From: Tubiluchus corallicola
Lineage: Eukaryota; Animalia; Priapulida
DNA: 64,000 nucleotides
Assembly (NCBI GenBank): GCA_030141605.1
Contig: JAQGDQ010002376.1
Location: 106,422-170,421 of the forward strand
Reading direction: 5' to 3'
Notes under the pieces: generated by a model
Seen by the model: the letters and a program-made list of their open reading frames with translations, nothing else
Told to the model about the DNA's origin: nothing
Databases searched by the model: none
Part shown: piece by piece, positions 11,901-23,900 of the stretch
How the letters are laid out: each line of letters opens with the position of its first letter
Numbering within the stretch: position 1 is the stretch's first letter
Made by a program: the position numbers and the translations under genes

Positions 11901-14900
11901 GTTTATTCACAAAGACTGCTGCCATGATAAGTCTAGAGAATGTAACGCCTAGTGGCTTGCCCGCTGAAAACAGTGAGGGGAAACCTTAGTGAGCACAAAC
12001 ATTAAAATATAAACCATAGATAAGAACACGTCACAAGTGTAAGTCAATTTTAATGATGCAGTCTGCCGCTTGAACCAAATCTGTACATTGTTGTAAAGCC
12101 AACCCTTACGTCCTAGCTAATTAAAAATAAATTAATTTAGGAACGATGTAAAGGAAATGCTTACCACACATGCGCATCTTGCATACTGAAGTCCAACTAT
12201 TCCATTAACTCTACGCTAAAGTCCTATGATGGGATAGCTATACTAAAACAATAAAAATACTGGCATGTTGAAAACTAAAATTAACACAATGAAACATTTA
12301 AACAGTACAGTAATTAGTAAAACACTTAAACTATAAATCATGATTTAGCACTCTGGAACATCTATAGAAATCGACTACAGTACATGTTAAATAATGGCTT
12401 AGACAAACCACATGATGCACATAGACATTCATGTATAGCTGGGCCAGCATTAACCCAAGTTGAATACACGGCAGCATTTCTCTCGCGGATAGGCCTAGGT
12501 CTAGGAAAAAACAATGCTGTCGCTAATTGTGATTGGACAATTTCCGATTAAGCCACGTCTTCATGCGCCCCGTCCGAAATTGTATTGAGTCTGATTTCAG
12601 ACGTTGAGTTGGAAAATGCCGTGAATGCTTACAGCTGCTTTGCTGCGTAATGTAATGGTTTCGCAAAACCTATAGCCTACCGACGTTATAATACAATATG
12701 GGTGCAAAATATTATTATGATAAATATTAGCAATAATAGTTAATTATTATAAATATTTACAAGTGCTTTTTACATCGTAATAATTTTTGGAAATTAGAAG
12801 GCATGCAGTGCTTGCATGGCATGTATGGACTGCACGCCACTGCTGTGCAGAGTGCTCATAATATTAGCTCAAAATTTTCAAAACTAATTTTAGATTCTGG
12901 AATTATTAATGGAAACATGCTTTAATAATCTTCACATGTCAAAGATCAGAGGGAGAGAACAAAAGTGGAACAGGGAGAGAGATAGAGAGAGAGAGAGAGA
13001 GAGGGGTGGGTAGAGGACTGGTAGAGAAATAGCAAAATGAATATATATATATATGAAGCGTATATGTACTGTGCATTTGAAAATCTGAAATTTATAGTTG
13101 CAGTTTGTCAATATGCCACCAGTCGGAAAAGCACGTATGCCAAGGCCTAACACGCAGTTGACAGGCATTCCAAATCTTCCACCTATCCCCAAACCAAGTA
13201 TTTGTGTTTACGAAGCTTCACCATTATACAAGGTAGACTTAGACTAGAAAATTAATATTTACTATGTGGTTTAAACTTGTTTTGACTTTTGAGTGAGCTG
13301 TATGTACTTTTGTTGAAACTTTTTAAATTCAATGTCTCTTTGATTATACTTATTCACAAAGTTTCATTTCAAAAATTTACTAATTTTGGATGTAATCATT
13401 GTTAATAATCTCAATTAACATTATAAATATCTAAGGAATAATCAATGCTTGACATTTTACTTATTTGTGATCATAATATCAATAGTTCAAGACTATTGTA
13501 AATGACGGCATAAACACACAATTGATTGAAGTTTGAAATTTGTAAAGCCGGAAATGTGGTTTCAAAATCTGGAACACCGTCTAGTTTTGAACTATGAACT
13601 CTTTGCTAACAAGGCAAGTGCCATAAACCACTAAACTGTCTTATTCCCCAGCAATTGTGACAGTCCAAAGTACATCCCTTGTAACTTGCTGACCGGTTCA
13701 GCATTTCCAATGTCAGATCACTCCAACTAGAGTGATTCTGGCTAATTAGATTAATTTTGATTTTGATTTTGAGCCTGAAATTCCCATGGGCAACTAATTA
13801 ATTATTTATAATCTTAATAGTTAATATGCATTGGGTGTAAGAGTCACGCATTTTAGGCTTTGTTGTTTTCTCGAGCCCGAAAACCAATAAATCGCGACAC
13901 TCGCATATTTTAGATCAAGCACAGATCTTATCCTTGTTGCCTCCGTCTTCTTCTGAAACTCATCTTAGAATGTAAATTATTTGTTTACTAAATTTAGTTA
14001 CTAAAGCTTCCACTTTTCATTCATCTCCATTTTCTTTTGTTGAGCAAGTTAGTGCAAATGTTTCATATTTTCCTCGATCAGTTAGCAACAGTTGAAAGAA
14101 ATTAAGTACCAGTAGGTAATTATGCATTGTTATTTATTTTATTCTAATACGTTCTAGTCAGAAATTTATGTTCCTTTTATTATTTGCCTCATACATGTAA
14201 TAACTTGTGGTAAGTTATTAGGCTTAATCTGTTTTTAGGCTGCAGCTCTTGGATTGAGACAAAAGTAAGTTGAGAAAATGAGATACTGCAAATTGTAATC
14301 ACAATATTTAATTAGATTATGTTACATCTGAAACCTAAACTTGAAGAAGCTCATCAGTATTTAAGTAGGCTTAATATAGTGTATTCGGGAACACTTAAAT
14401 TTAGCTTGCATTTAAACCTTCCAACATGCACTCAAAAGAGTATTATAAAATACACTGGCTCTGCCCGTACTCCTATCGTGAGGTCATTTACCCCTACACC
14501 CTGTAACTGAATTGTAACGTCTCACTCAGTTGGTTCTCTACTCTTGGCAGCTCTGCATCAATGTTATTGCTAATGATGGTACAAACCCATTGTCCAAAAG
14601 CATTGTAAATAATTAAGTAATTGCTCTTTAGAATTTCAGGTTCAGCTATCAGAACTAATAAAAACAAAATTTTAGAATCTAAATAGCTAGAATTACCTGG
14701 CATGAGTAATATAAATCAGAAATCCTGAAATGTTTGGCTAGCGTTGACTTTGAAATGTCATAATCACCGGGGTAGCATTACTTATTCCCATACTTATTAG
14801 CATTACTTAATCAATAATAATTATCTACACTATAATATACTATAATGCTATACTATAAGATATTATAATAATCAATCTTTGATGACATTTTACAGACAAT

Positions 14901-17900
14901 TGAGGCGAAGATGACACATCCACCTATTTTAGCTAGAGCTCCATACACACTGGCAGCTCCATGGAAAGAGCAGAGGTACTGCCGGACTCCTAGTGAGTCT
15001 ATAGGAAACAATTTTACCCCCGCAGCTGCAAAATATCAGCTAAAGTCACTAGCGGGTCAGCGAAGAAAGGGGGCAGAGTTGCGAAAACGGACGAGTTTGG
15101 TCAGAAGTGTAAAAATACCGTCTCTTCAAGCTGCAAAGCGAAAAAAGAAGAAAATGGCTGCAGAAAGGCATGTAGTAAATTTGTTGTTTCTTAGTTTGGC
15201 ATGAATTATATGCAAAATAAGTTAGAGGTTTATTCATTGGCCTCAAAATTTTGAGTATGAGTTGTATTTATTATGTTCAGTTATTCTCTATACAGTGCCA
15301 TGAGACCTTATAATTCGCTAAATTTTACAATTCCTCACACACACGAAATTAATTCGTGAAGATTATTAGGACAAGGGTGAGCGTTAGGGTTGGGGTTAGG
15401 ATTAGGTTAGCGGTTATGGTTAGGTGAGTGTAAAGATTAAGGCTATGGTTAAGTTGGATTAGGGTTAGGGTTGGGGTATTTAAATTGTTTGGGGAATTGT
15501 AAACTCCTTCCTTTTAACTCATAAATATATAGCCTATTTGTGGTTCTTAATTTGTGGAAATTAATATTATCATTTATTTTATGTGGAATTTGTCAAATCT
15601 AAATAATTCTTATAATAACAAAAGGTAAAAACCGTTTCAGATACCAATGAACAATGGCAATTTACATGTTATCAGAGGCGCTCAATTTCATAGAATGTTT
15701 ATGTTTGAATTTACTAAGCAGCTTATTCTTTGCTAGGACTGTGGTTTCTATTGCACTCTTTCAGTAAAAAATCATTTGAAAGTCACATTCAACTTATATA
15801 AAAAAATTGGCTATATGCATTGTGCACCAAATAAATGGTGATTTGCATACATTATTGTTTCAGATAGTTGTTTACAGAATTTACAATATCTTGTTTGTCA
15901 CCTCACCAAATGGTCAATCAAATGTCACCAAATGTCTTATTGAAAGCCTGAGTATGTTTTATTAACGAATGAAAAGTGGTGGTGTTCCTATCTTTGCAGG
16001 GCTGCTAAGAAGCAGGCTATTGAAGCAGTTAGTCGTCCAATGTCACCTGTGTTGCAGCGGGATATTATTCTTACGAAGTGTCAGGATGCAATTGTCGATC
16101 AAACTTTGACAGACTTTGAGGTTTGTATCTTTCATTTTTACTTTTGCCTCTAGAGCACTGCTTGATAAAATTCTATTGTCATTATGTGGAATGATATTAG
16201 TGAAGAAAGAGATGAAAACTGCATATGTAGACGAAAGGCAGGTGTGCTTAGTTAGCATGTTTTCATTGTTACAACATACACTTTCCCATAACATGCAGCG
16301 TATATATATATATATATATATATAAGCCTTTAATATCAATATGTATAAAACTTTTCAAGGTCATTTGGTAAACCACATTTGTGAAATGTAGGGTTTTCGC
16401 TTATCATGACTTTTTGTGTTTTTAGCGGTATTGTTACTATATTAATGAAGGTGTGCGTGACAGTGATCTAGCAGTTCAGCCACTGGAACTGATGCAGAAT
16501 GCATTGTTGCGCTTAGGAAACAGTGTGCCTCCTGTGGGCAAACAGAAGAAGCTTCATGCAAAACTTGCTGCTGAACTGAACGATCGATACAAATTTAGTG
16601 TGAAAAAAGCCATAGGTAATCTCCACATTGCATTGGGTAACAATGTTGATTTTGTGCGTTATTCTTTTATGAGAAAAGAAGCTTACCAATTGGTGTATAT
16701 ACACATTAGTTAACTGATACCAGAATATTCACATATTTGTCAATTAATTCATTTACGAAGATCAGCAAAGGCAGCTTCCTGGCAAAATGCTTTTTTACTC
16801 GCAAAATATAACTGTTTTGTACAAATGAAAAACGTTAACTTTTTAAATGGAAAAGTGGTTGTTATTTTATAATCAGTTAAACACATTTTTAATTGAATAG
16901 TTGTTAATTTGAACTTTTTTACTTTTTCATCTTGGCTTGAAATTGCAGTGGAAAGCAAATATGTTCACTGATATGCCTATTGTTTTTACAGCAGATGTGC
17001 CGAATATTTTATTTTAGTTCTTTTTATTTGAATTAGTGGATTATATTTTGATGGATGAGATAGAACGAATTAGACTGCAGATATACGAACTGCCAATTCC
17101 GTTCCCAGACAGGTATTACTTCCTCACCTTCATTCTTCATTAGTTTTGTTGAGTGACATTGTTTGTGACTGACTGGATGGGTGCTTTCATGCAAATGGCG
17201 TGTGTTGAAAACTAGCTCACTTTGGGCAGTACCATTCATAAACTACTGGCTGTTTACCTCATAGAAGGAGGATATATTGCGAACGTAGCTGTGACACATC
17301 TGCCAGTTAAATGGCTCAAAACAACATAGAAGGACTTCCTTGATAATGAGGCAGGCTCCAATCTCACTACAAATATCTCGTTGAGTAGATCCTGCTGTTA
17401 AACACTGGGTTCCAGCTTGCAGTGCATGAAATTGTATAAAAAAAGTACAAAAAATTTGCATTTTCTTCTCGAAAAACATATTTATAAACTGCTGAAGAAG
17501 CAAATGTTGAAATTTTGGTTGGTATTACTTTGGTTGCTGTCATTGCTCTCACTTTGGCAGCATCTACATTTTGTGAATGTGGGTTCTTCTTACATTACAA
17601 TAGAGTATGTACAACATTTATAATAGTTTTCCTGACGCTAGGCCGCTACTGACAATTAATATATAGTGCTAGTTACCTTGAGGCATTGTGAACCATACAA
17701 TAAGTAATTCACAGTGCAATTTGAAAAAAACTATTGTGAATTTTAATTGTAAAAATTATAGCAACATAATTAATGCCTCTTATCGCCAACTCAGAATATA
17801 ACTTGGATGATGACAGGAAATCCTATCATATTCAATTATATGCATTTGATGATGTGGAACTAGCTTACTCCTAAATAAACTTTTTTCAATATTATCAATT

Positions 17901-20900
17901 TGCCTCTGCTGGAATTTATATTAGATTTAAAATAGTGTGTTAGTAGCTGTTGTTTATCCTCGTGGAATGCAAAATGCTAACTTAACAAGACGAAATTCAA
18001 ATTAAACAAATAATCATAAAGTCCAACTGGGTTTTAATTGAATGTGTTTTTTATTATTCAGTGACTGTATGAGAAAGTGGTAATTATTCTAGCATTATGG
18101 CTGGACAGGGAATGCTCATTGGTTGCGACCACATACTTCATTTGTTACACTAGTAGTTATACCATTTCAGGGTGATTCGTGCACCTGTGCCATGGCATGA
18201 ATCATATCACGAGTCAAAGCTCTTAATGGAGATACATTTATTTGCTTCTAATGTAGTTATGCAAGAGTTACAGCGTTTATTTAATGAAAAGTAAGTAAAA
18301 TAGTTTTAAGTATTGATTTTTCTTTATTATATAACAGCTTTAAATATTGTTGCCTGCAGCCTAAACTGTTGTAATTTTAACCAAATATTGGAAACATGGT
18401 GACGAAATAGGTACCTTCTTATTTACTGTTTCATTCTTTAACGCAGTTGCTTATAATTACAGTCTAGTATCATTGAAATAAGCTATCTGACATATCTCTT
18501 GGTTTTTATGCAATTTCACAGTCAGATTTCACTAAATTTGACCATAGAGCATTTCAATCTTCTTAGCAGGTTGGGAAAATTATCAGTTTGCCATAACTAG
18601 TATTGATAACAGCATAGTTATTTTATTATTACTTGCAAACTAGAAAAGAAAGTAGAAGATTTTGCATACAAGTCCCGGTGAACTTAATTTAATGCTTTCA
18701 TACTTTTGTGTGATTGAATAGTAATTAATAAACTGTACTTCTTGCTATTGCTGGTGCCATCCTCACTCCTCAGCACTAAACTGTGAGGCTTGATTAATAC
18801 AGCTGATAAAAATATACAAAAGACGATTAACAACCATATTAATAAACAAATGATTTATTATCTGCATTATTTTTATTTAGGCTTTACAAGTTTTTGCTGA
18901 TGCCAGCAATGTTGTTTTATATTGGTTTATTGTCAATCAAGTTTTTTGCAAGCTGTCAATAAAATAACCATGATGTACTGTTTGTCCATATGGCAATCTT
19001 ATTTCTTCTAAACTTAAAGACTGCAAATGACGGATGTTTAATAATGTTACTATTTCATAGAGAAAGTGTGATAGTGTCATCTTACCAGAAAAATGCCATA
19101 AACTGATTTTGCATAATGATTACAATACAAGTTATTGTGATTTAAATGCATTTGCATTTAAAATAAAGTAAACAATAGGTTTTGCAATTGTAGGTATATA
19201 AAATTGAGGTTCGTTAGTTGCAAACAACTAGAGGAGTCAGAATTACCACTCCAACCAAGCAATTTTCAGAAGCTAATCGAATCCTATTGCAATGAAACTC
19301 GAACAAGGCTTCTAACGGAGTATGAGCTGTTATTTACGATAATCACAGATATTTAAATAACAAATATTATTTAGGATATGTACAAAAGTTTTTTGTGTGT
19401 GGAATAATGCAGAATATGAGCTTTCTATCTCAAAGTTTAGCTTAATTTGAGAATACTGTTGATGCCATAAATATCCCCCTACTGTCATGAGTACAGCTGG
19501 TGCTGTTGGATTGTGAGCTACAAGGGGGAAATCTCAGGCTGAATCAGTCATATTGACTGGTAGCATTGGTGCCAAGCTGTAAGACTGTCAACATTTGAGC
19601 AATTGAGCACTCATTGACCGATCACTAAACAGCTTATGAATTTAAGCACCTGAAATTGAGCGCTAGTTTACCAATCACTAAGTAGTATTATCTGAAATTG
19701 AGCACTCCGCTAGCCAGTGAAGTGTGGCGACACAAACTGCACTTTATTTACGCTGTTGCTATAGGTACCTCTTTCCTTCCTCGTGTCTTTCTGACATAAT
19801 AGGAGCATTTTTATAGTGTGTGAAAACAGTCGTAATTTTGACAAACTTCGAAATTACTTTGAATTTTTTTGTGTCAAAAAGTATATCAGAGTTTTGTACA
19901 GTATGCACTCGGGTTTCTGCTTAGCATTACGGTAAGCCAGTGAACATGTGACCAGAAGAAGACGCTAGTAGTTATACTACTATACAGAGTAAGATTACTA
20001 CTCTATTTAAAATTCAAGTCTTAATTTAAGCATTTCAACTAACTGACATTCCATTTAACTAGTCTAACTGAAAACTGATAACACAGCATACAAGAAGTTA
20101 AAAATGACAACATAAAAAGACACTATATTAAGACCAAAATCATGGCAAATTACACCCCCAACCCTGACACCTATCAGCATCAAATACAGTTAACAAATTC
20201 CCAAGCATTTTTTAAGGGTGTTCATATTATTTAAAATGTTAATGACTACAAAAGTCTGGTATGTATCATGTAATGAAAAGTGTAATCATAATAACAGCAC
20301 AATGAAAGTTAGTTAAAATTTCAAGTAAATAATAACACGAATGTTTAGTGAAAATAATAAATAAATGTTAATGTTACGACTTCACAAAAAATTGTTGCTT
20401 TGGTTTCTTTAAAAAACATTTTGTACTTAATACAATTGGCTTTAAGGTACAATACTTCAAGTTATAACACTTAAAGGTACAGTTCCATCCTGAAGTGCTT
20501 TGCGTAATGCAACAGTGGAGGCACCATGCTTAGTTAAGCAATCAGCTAGTAATCCTTTTCTGTGGAGGCACCATGCTTAGTTAAGCAATCAGCTAGTAAT
20601 CCTTTTCTGTAAGCTGTCAGTTTAACTGTCTTGATTAAGGTATATGTTACTACTGCCATCAGATGAAAGACTAATGCCACAGTACTTAAAGGCATCACTA
20701 TCCTCTTTGCCTACTTTGAATGCTGCATGGATCTTACTAATGATCATGGATTCAAAATTTGTGGTTCCACCGCAAATAAAGCACAAGCTACTATGCCAGT
20801 CACCGTTTCAGCATTATTAGTCCAATTAAATACTGTAGGATTCATCTTTGACATAACTCCATTATACTTGTTCATAACAGCTTGGACTCTGCGATACCAT

Positions 20901-23900
20901 TGTAATGATGAATTTGTGATACCATAAACACATTTATTGAGTTGTCGTAAAGTTCATTCACGGCTAGCTTCTTTTGGAGGTTTTATGTAGACATCCCTAT
21001 CAATCATTTCTCATTGTAGAAAGCAGTTTTGATATCCACTGAAAAGCAGTTTTGATATCCATTGAGTTCATCTTCCATCTACAGAGTGCAAAAATTGCAA
21101 TTATTACTCTCAGTGATTCATAAGCACAAGTAGAAGAGTCTCTTTGTATGTCTACATTAAACTCTTTAAATCCTCTCACTACTATTCTAGCTTTTGGCAC
21201 TATTCCATCAGGTGTGGATTTTAACGTGCATTAACGTGGATCTTCAGTTGCTTTAACTTTAGTTTTTTCTTGTTTACTTATATCATATGTCACCACATAT
21301 GTATTGGTTCTTGAAACATCACTGCTAAATCTAGTACAGTTCCAGCTTTCTTTAAAGAAGATTTGCTAAGTAACAGAGGAATGTCAGCTTTTACTACTTC
21401 GGCTGCAATCCTACAGCTCGTATTTCCAATTTTTGCCGATAAGTTCACTGTTTTGTATGAGTGCATCATACCATCAAAGTTTTTATATGCGTCATAAGTA
21501 CTATCCTTGCTCTCTTTTAAAAACACTCCATCCAATGTACTAAGAAGTGTCGTCATACCATCCACCTTATTTAAATTTTCAACTCTGATGCTTAAAGCCG
21601 CTTCTCTGGCCTTGCCAGTTAAGGTTAATGTCACCACTTAATGCTTGTTTCTTCGCCTCAAGTTCAGTTACTAACCGCCATATTTCCAATTTATTTTTTT
21701 GTGTGTGTCATATGCGTCCTTACTAAACTTCGTCAGATTTTTGTAGTTTCCTGCCTTCTTAAAAATTTATCAGTTATTTTTGGCAGCACTTATGTTGTCA
21801 GCTGAACTACTCTCTGCTGCCATGAAAACTGATAACACAGCATACAAAAAGTTAAAAATGACAACATAAAAAGACACTTTATTAAGACCAAAATCAGCCC
21901 CAACCAAGTGCTGACACCTATCGGCATCAAATACAATTAACATAACTAACCTTCAAAAGAGCTCATGCAATAATTTGTTAATTATTGCAAGAACGGTTAA
22001 CCCACTATTACTGTTGTTATCATTTTGTCCTACATTTCTGTTAGTACTAGGCATTCTTAACTGGTTCCCAGCATGATTCTATGCTATATATTTGTGAATG
22101 AAGGAATCTGACAAAATGTCCATCGCCCAAAAACCACTAATACTATTTTTTCTAACACCAACATTAATGTCACCATTTGTATCAGTATCAATATGCTTAG
22201 GAGCTGTCAAAACATGGACAACTCCTTTAGAATTGATTTTCCGTGTGTCTTATGCATCCTCACTAATCTTCAGTGGATTTTTGTAGTTTCCCGCCGCCTT
22301 AAAAATTTATTTAAGCGCTTTCGTAGTGATTTATTTAATCGAATCCATATGCAACATCAGAATTAAAAATCGTTGATTTAAAAAAATGTGTAAACAATTG
22401 CAAACTGTTATATCTAAAACATGCGACCTGCTTTTAAAAAGGTAGTACTTTGTGGTGTTTTTAGAGTCGCAAACTACCTCTACAACCTTGACTAAACTTC
22501 CATGCTACTAGTGTTGCACGATCCCATGAAAAGAAGTGCAGGCAACAGCCACTCACAACATCAACACCAGACTCTGACATGTGGCAGAAGTTCTTGCTAA
22601 AAAGCAAATTCTAAAGGAAGGTGGTGATCCTGCCAACAGAGAGTGGGTGTTGAGCTGCATGAGAATTCATTTTGGCAAATATGAAGGCCACACATTCTTA
22701 TGGCTTCTGCAGAATGATGCACTTTATGCTGTGTACGTGGTGAGCTAGCTCACAATTGATAGGTATACTAGGTAATGTGAATATAGGTTTTTATTTTAAA
22801 TTAGCTATTCTACACTGTATTGATTTTGTAATTGCAATTATGTCAATGCAGAATGATTGATTGTGTGCAGGTAAGTTTTGCAGTTCAAAAATTAATAAAA
22901 TTTGGGATTTAGTATTTTTTGTTTTCATTACTACTATTTCATTAAACTGGTGTGTTTCTTAACTTTTTCAAAGTGAGATGGCTTTTTATTTATTTTAGTT
23001 GTTAATAGAGAGATTTTTTGGAATATCAGGAATGACCAGTCTATTTCTCTTAGGTCGAAATGAAATCACGTAGGCCCAAGGAACCTGATGAACTTACAGC
23101 AAACAAAAATTGCTTGGAGGAATTCCTCAGACACTTTCCACTTGTGATGGATGAAGTAGCAAAAAGTATAGGTAGATGGGGAGAAGAAGAAAGAAGTGAG
23201 TGACTAGTATTGACCTCATCCTTAGCTAGTGCTGTTTTTATAAGTGCTGGAATTTTTCCTCAGCTTCTTGTAACTTAGCACTGAAAAATACATCTTTATA
23301 TAGGCAGTCACACATCATGAGGCTACAATAACCAAGGGTGTTGCATTTGAGCCTGTGGTATGCAGGCCGTTTTCTGCTATTGGTGCTTCACTGCAGCCTG
23401 CAAATGAAACTTTTTCTTGACCTTAGAAGAAGTAGAAGCTCAAATTGGTAAATATAAAATTTATTATTATTACTATTGTCTGTTTAGTTTAAAGACCTGC
23501 ATAAATTTTGGCAGCTAATTGCTATGTTGCTAACTCAACTAGCAAATAACGTAACCAAAAATAGAGTAACCCAACTTCTAATTGGTAAGTTGCTATGTTA
23601 TCTAAATTGCTAAGATACCAGCAACAAGGAGTTTACCTATTCCGGAAACCGCTGTTTCTTCAGTCAAGTGTGTTAACTGTTAAATTTTATGTTTCTGAGA
23701 GTATGAATTCTAAGAATCTGATTTCTGTCGTTTGAGTTAAATTTCCAAGGTTATTCAGAAACACAGCTAGTTAGCAAAAAATCACAACACTACATCCTCC
23801 AAAATTTGCTTTTTGTAGCATAACTGATGTAATAAACTTTTGTTGTGTATTAGTAATAACACCAGCATTATAAGCAAATTACATGATTAACTAGTAGCAT

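Larger units (their letters stand above)
7328..12035 (-). mobile_element. full-length Ty3/Gypsy LTR retrotransposon (Mag/K02A2.6-like), disrupted
   Basis: Paired TG...CA LTRs, exact 5-bp TSD AGTGT (7323-7327 / 12036-12040), PBS, PPT, and gag-PR-RT-RNaseH-IN domain order. Confidence 0.97.
6516..12842 (-). mobile_element. decayed hAT-like DNA transposon, host of the Gypsy insertion
   Basis: 8-bp TSD ctgtacag (6508-6515) / ctgtgcag (12843-12850). The right terminus reads CAGTGGCGTGCA on the minus strand and the left terminus is degenerate. Broken minus-strand frames ([41 protein letters not shown]) resemble a hAT C-terminus. Confidence 0.5.

Noticed and set aside
4759-12842. One large hAT element bounded by cagtggcatgctgtccacacatgc (4759) and its inverted match at 12819-12842
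   Set aside because: No TSD for this pair, whereas 6508-6515 / 12843-12850 give a 7/8 TSD and rejoin a LINE frame. 4759 is probably a separate end fragment.
15380-15480. True telomere or chromosome-fusion scar
   Set aside because: The repeats are short, degenerate and enclosed by shared inverted ends found in four copies.
17130-17600. Minus-strand ORF chain in intron 7 as a nested gene
   Set aside because: Interrupted by stops with no motif I can recognise; possibly old transposon debris. BLASTX would be needed.
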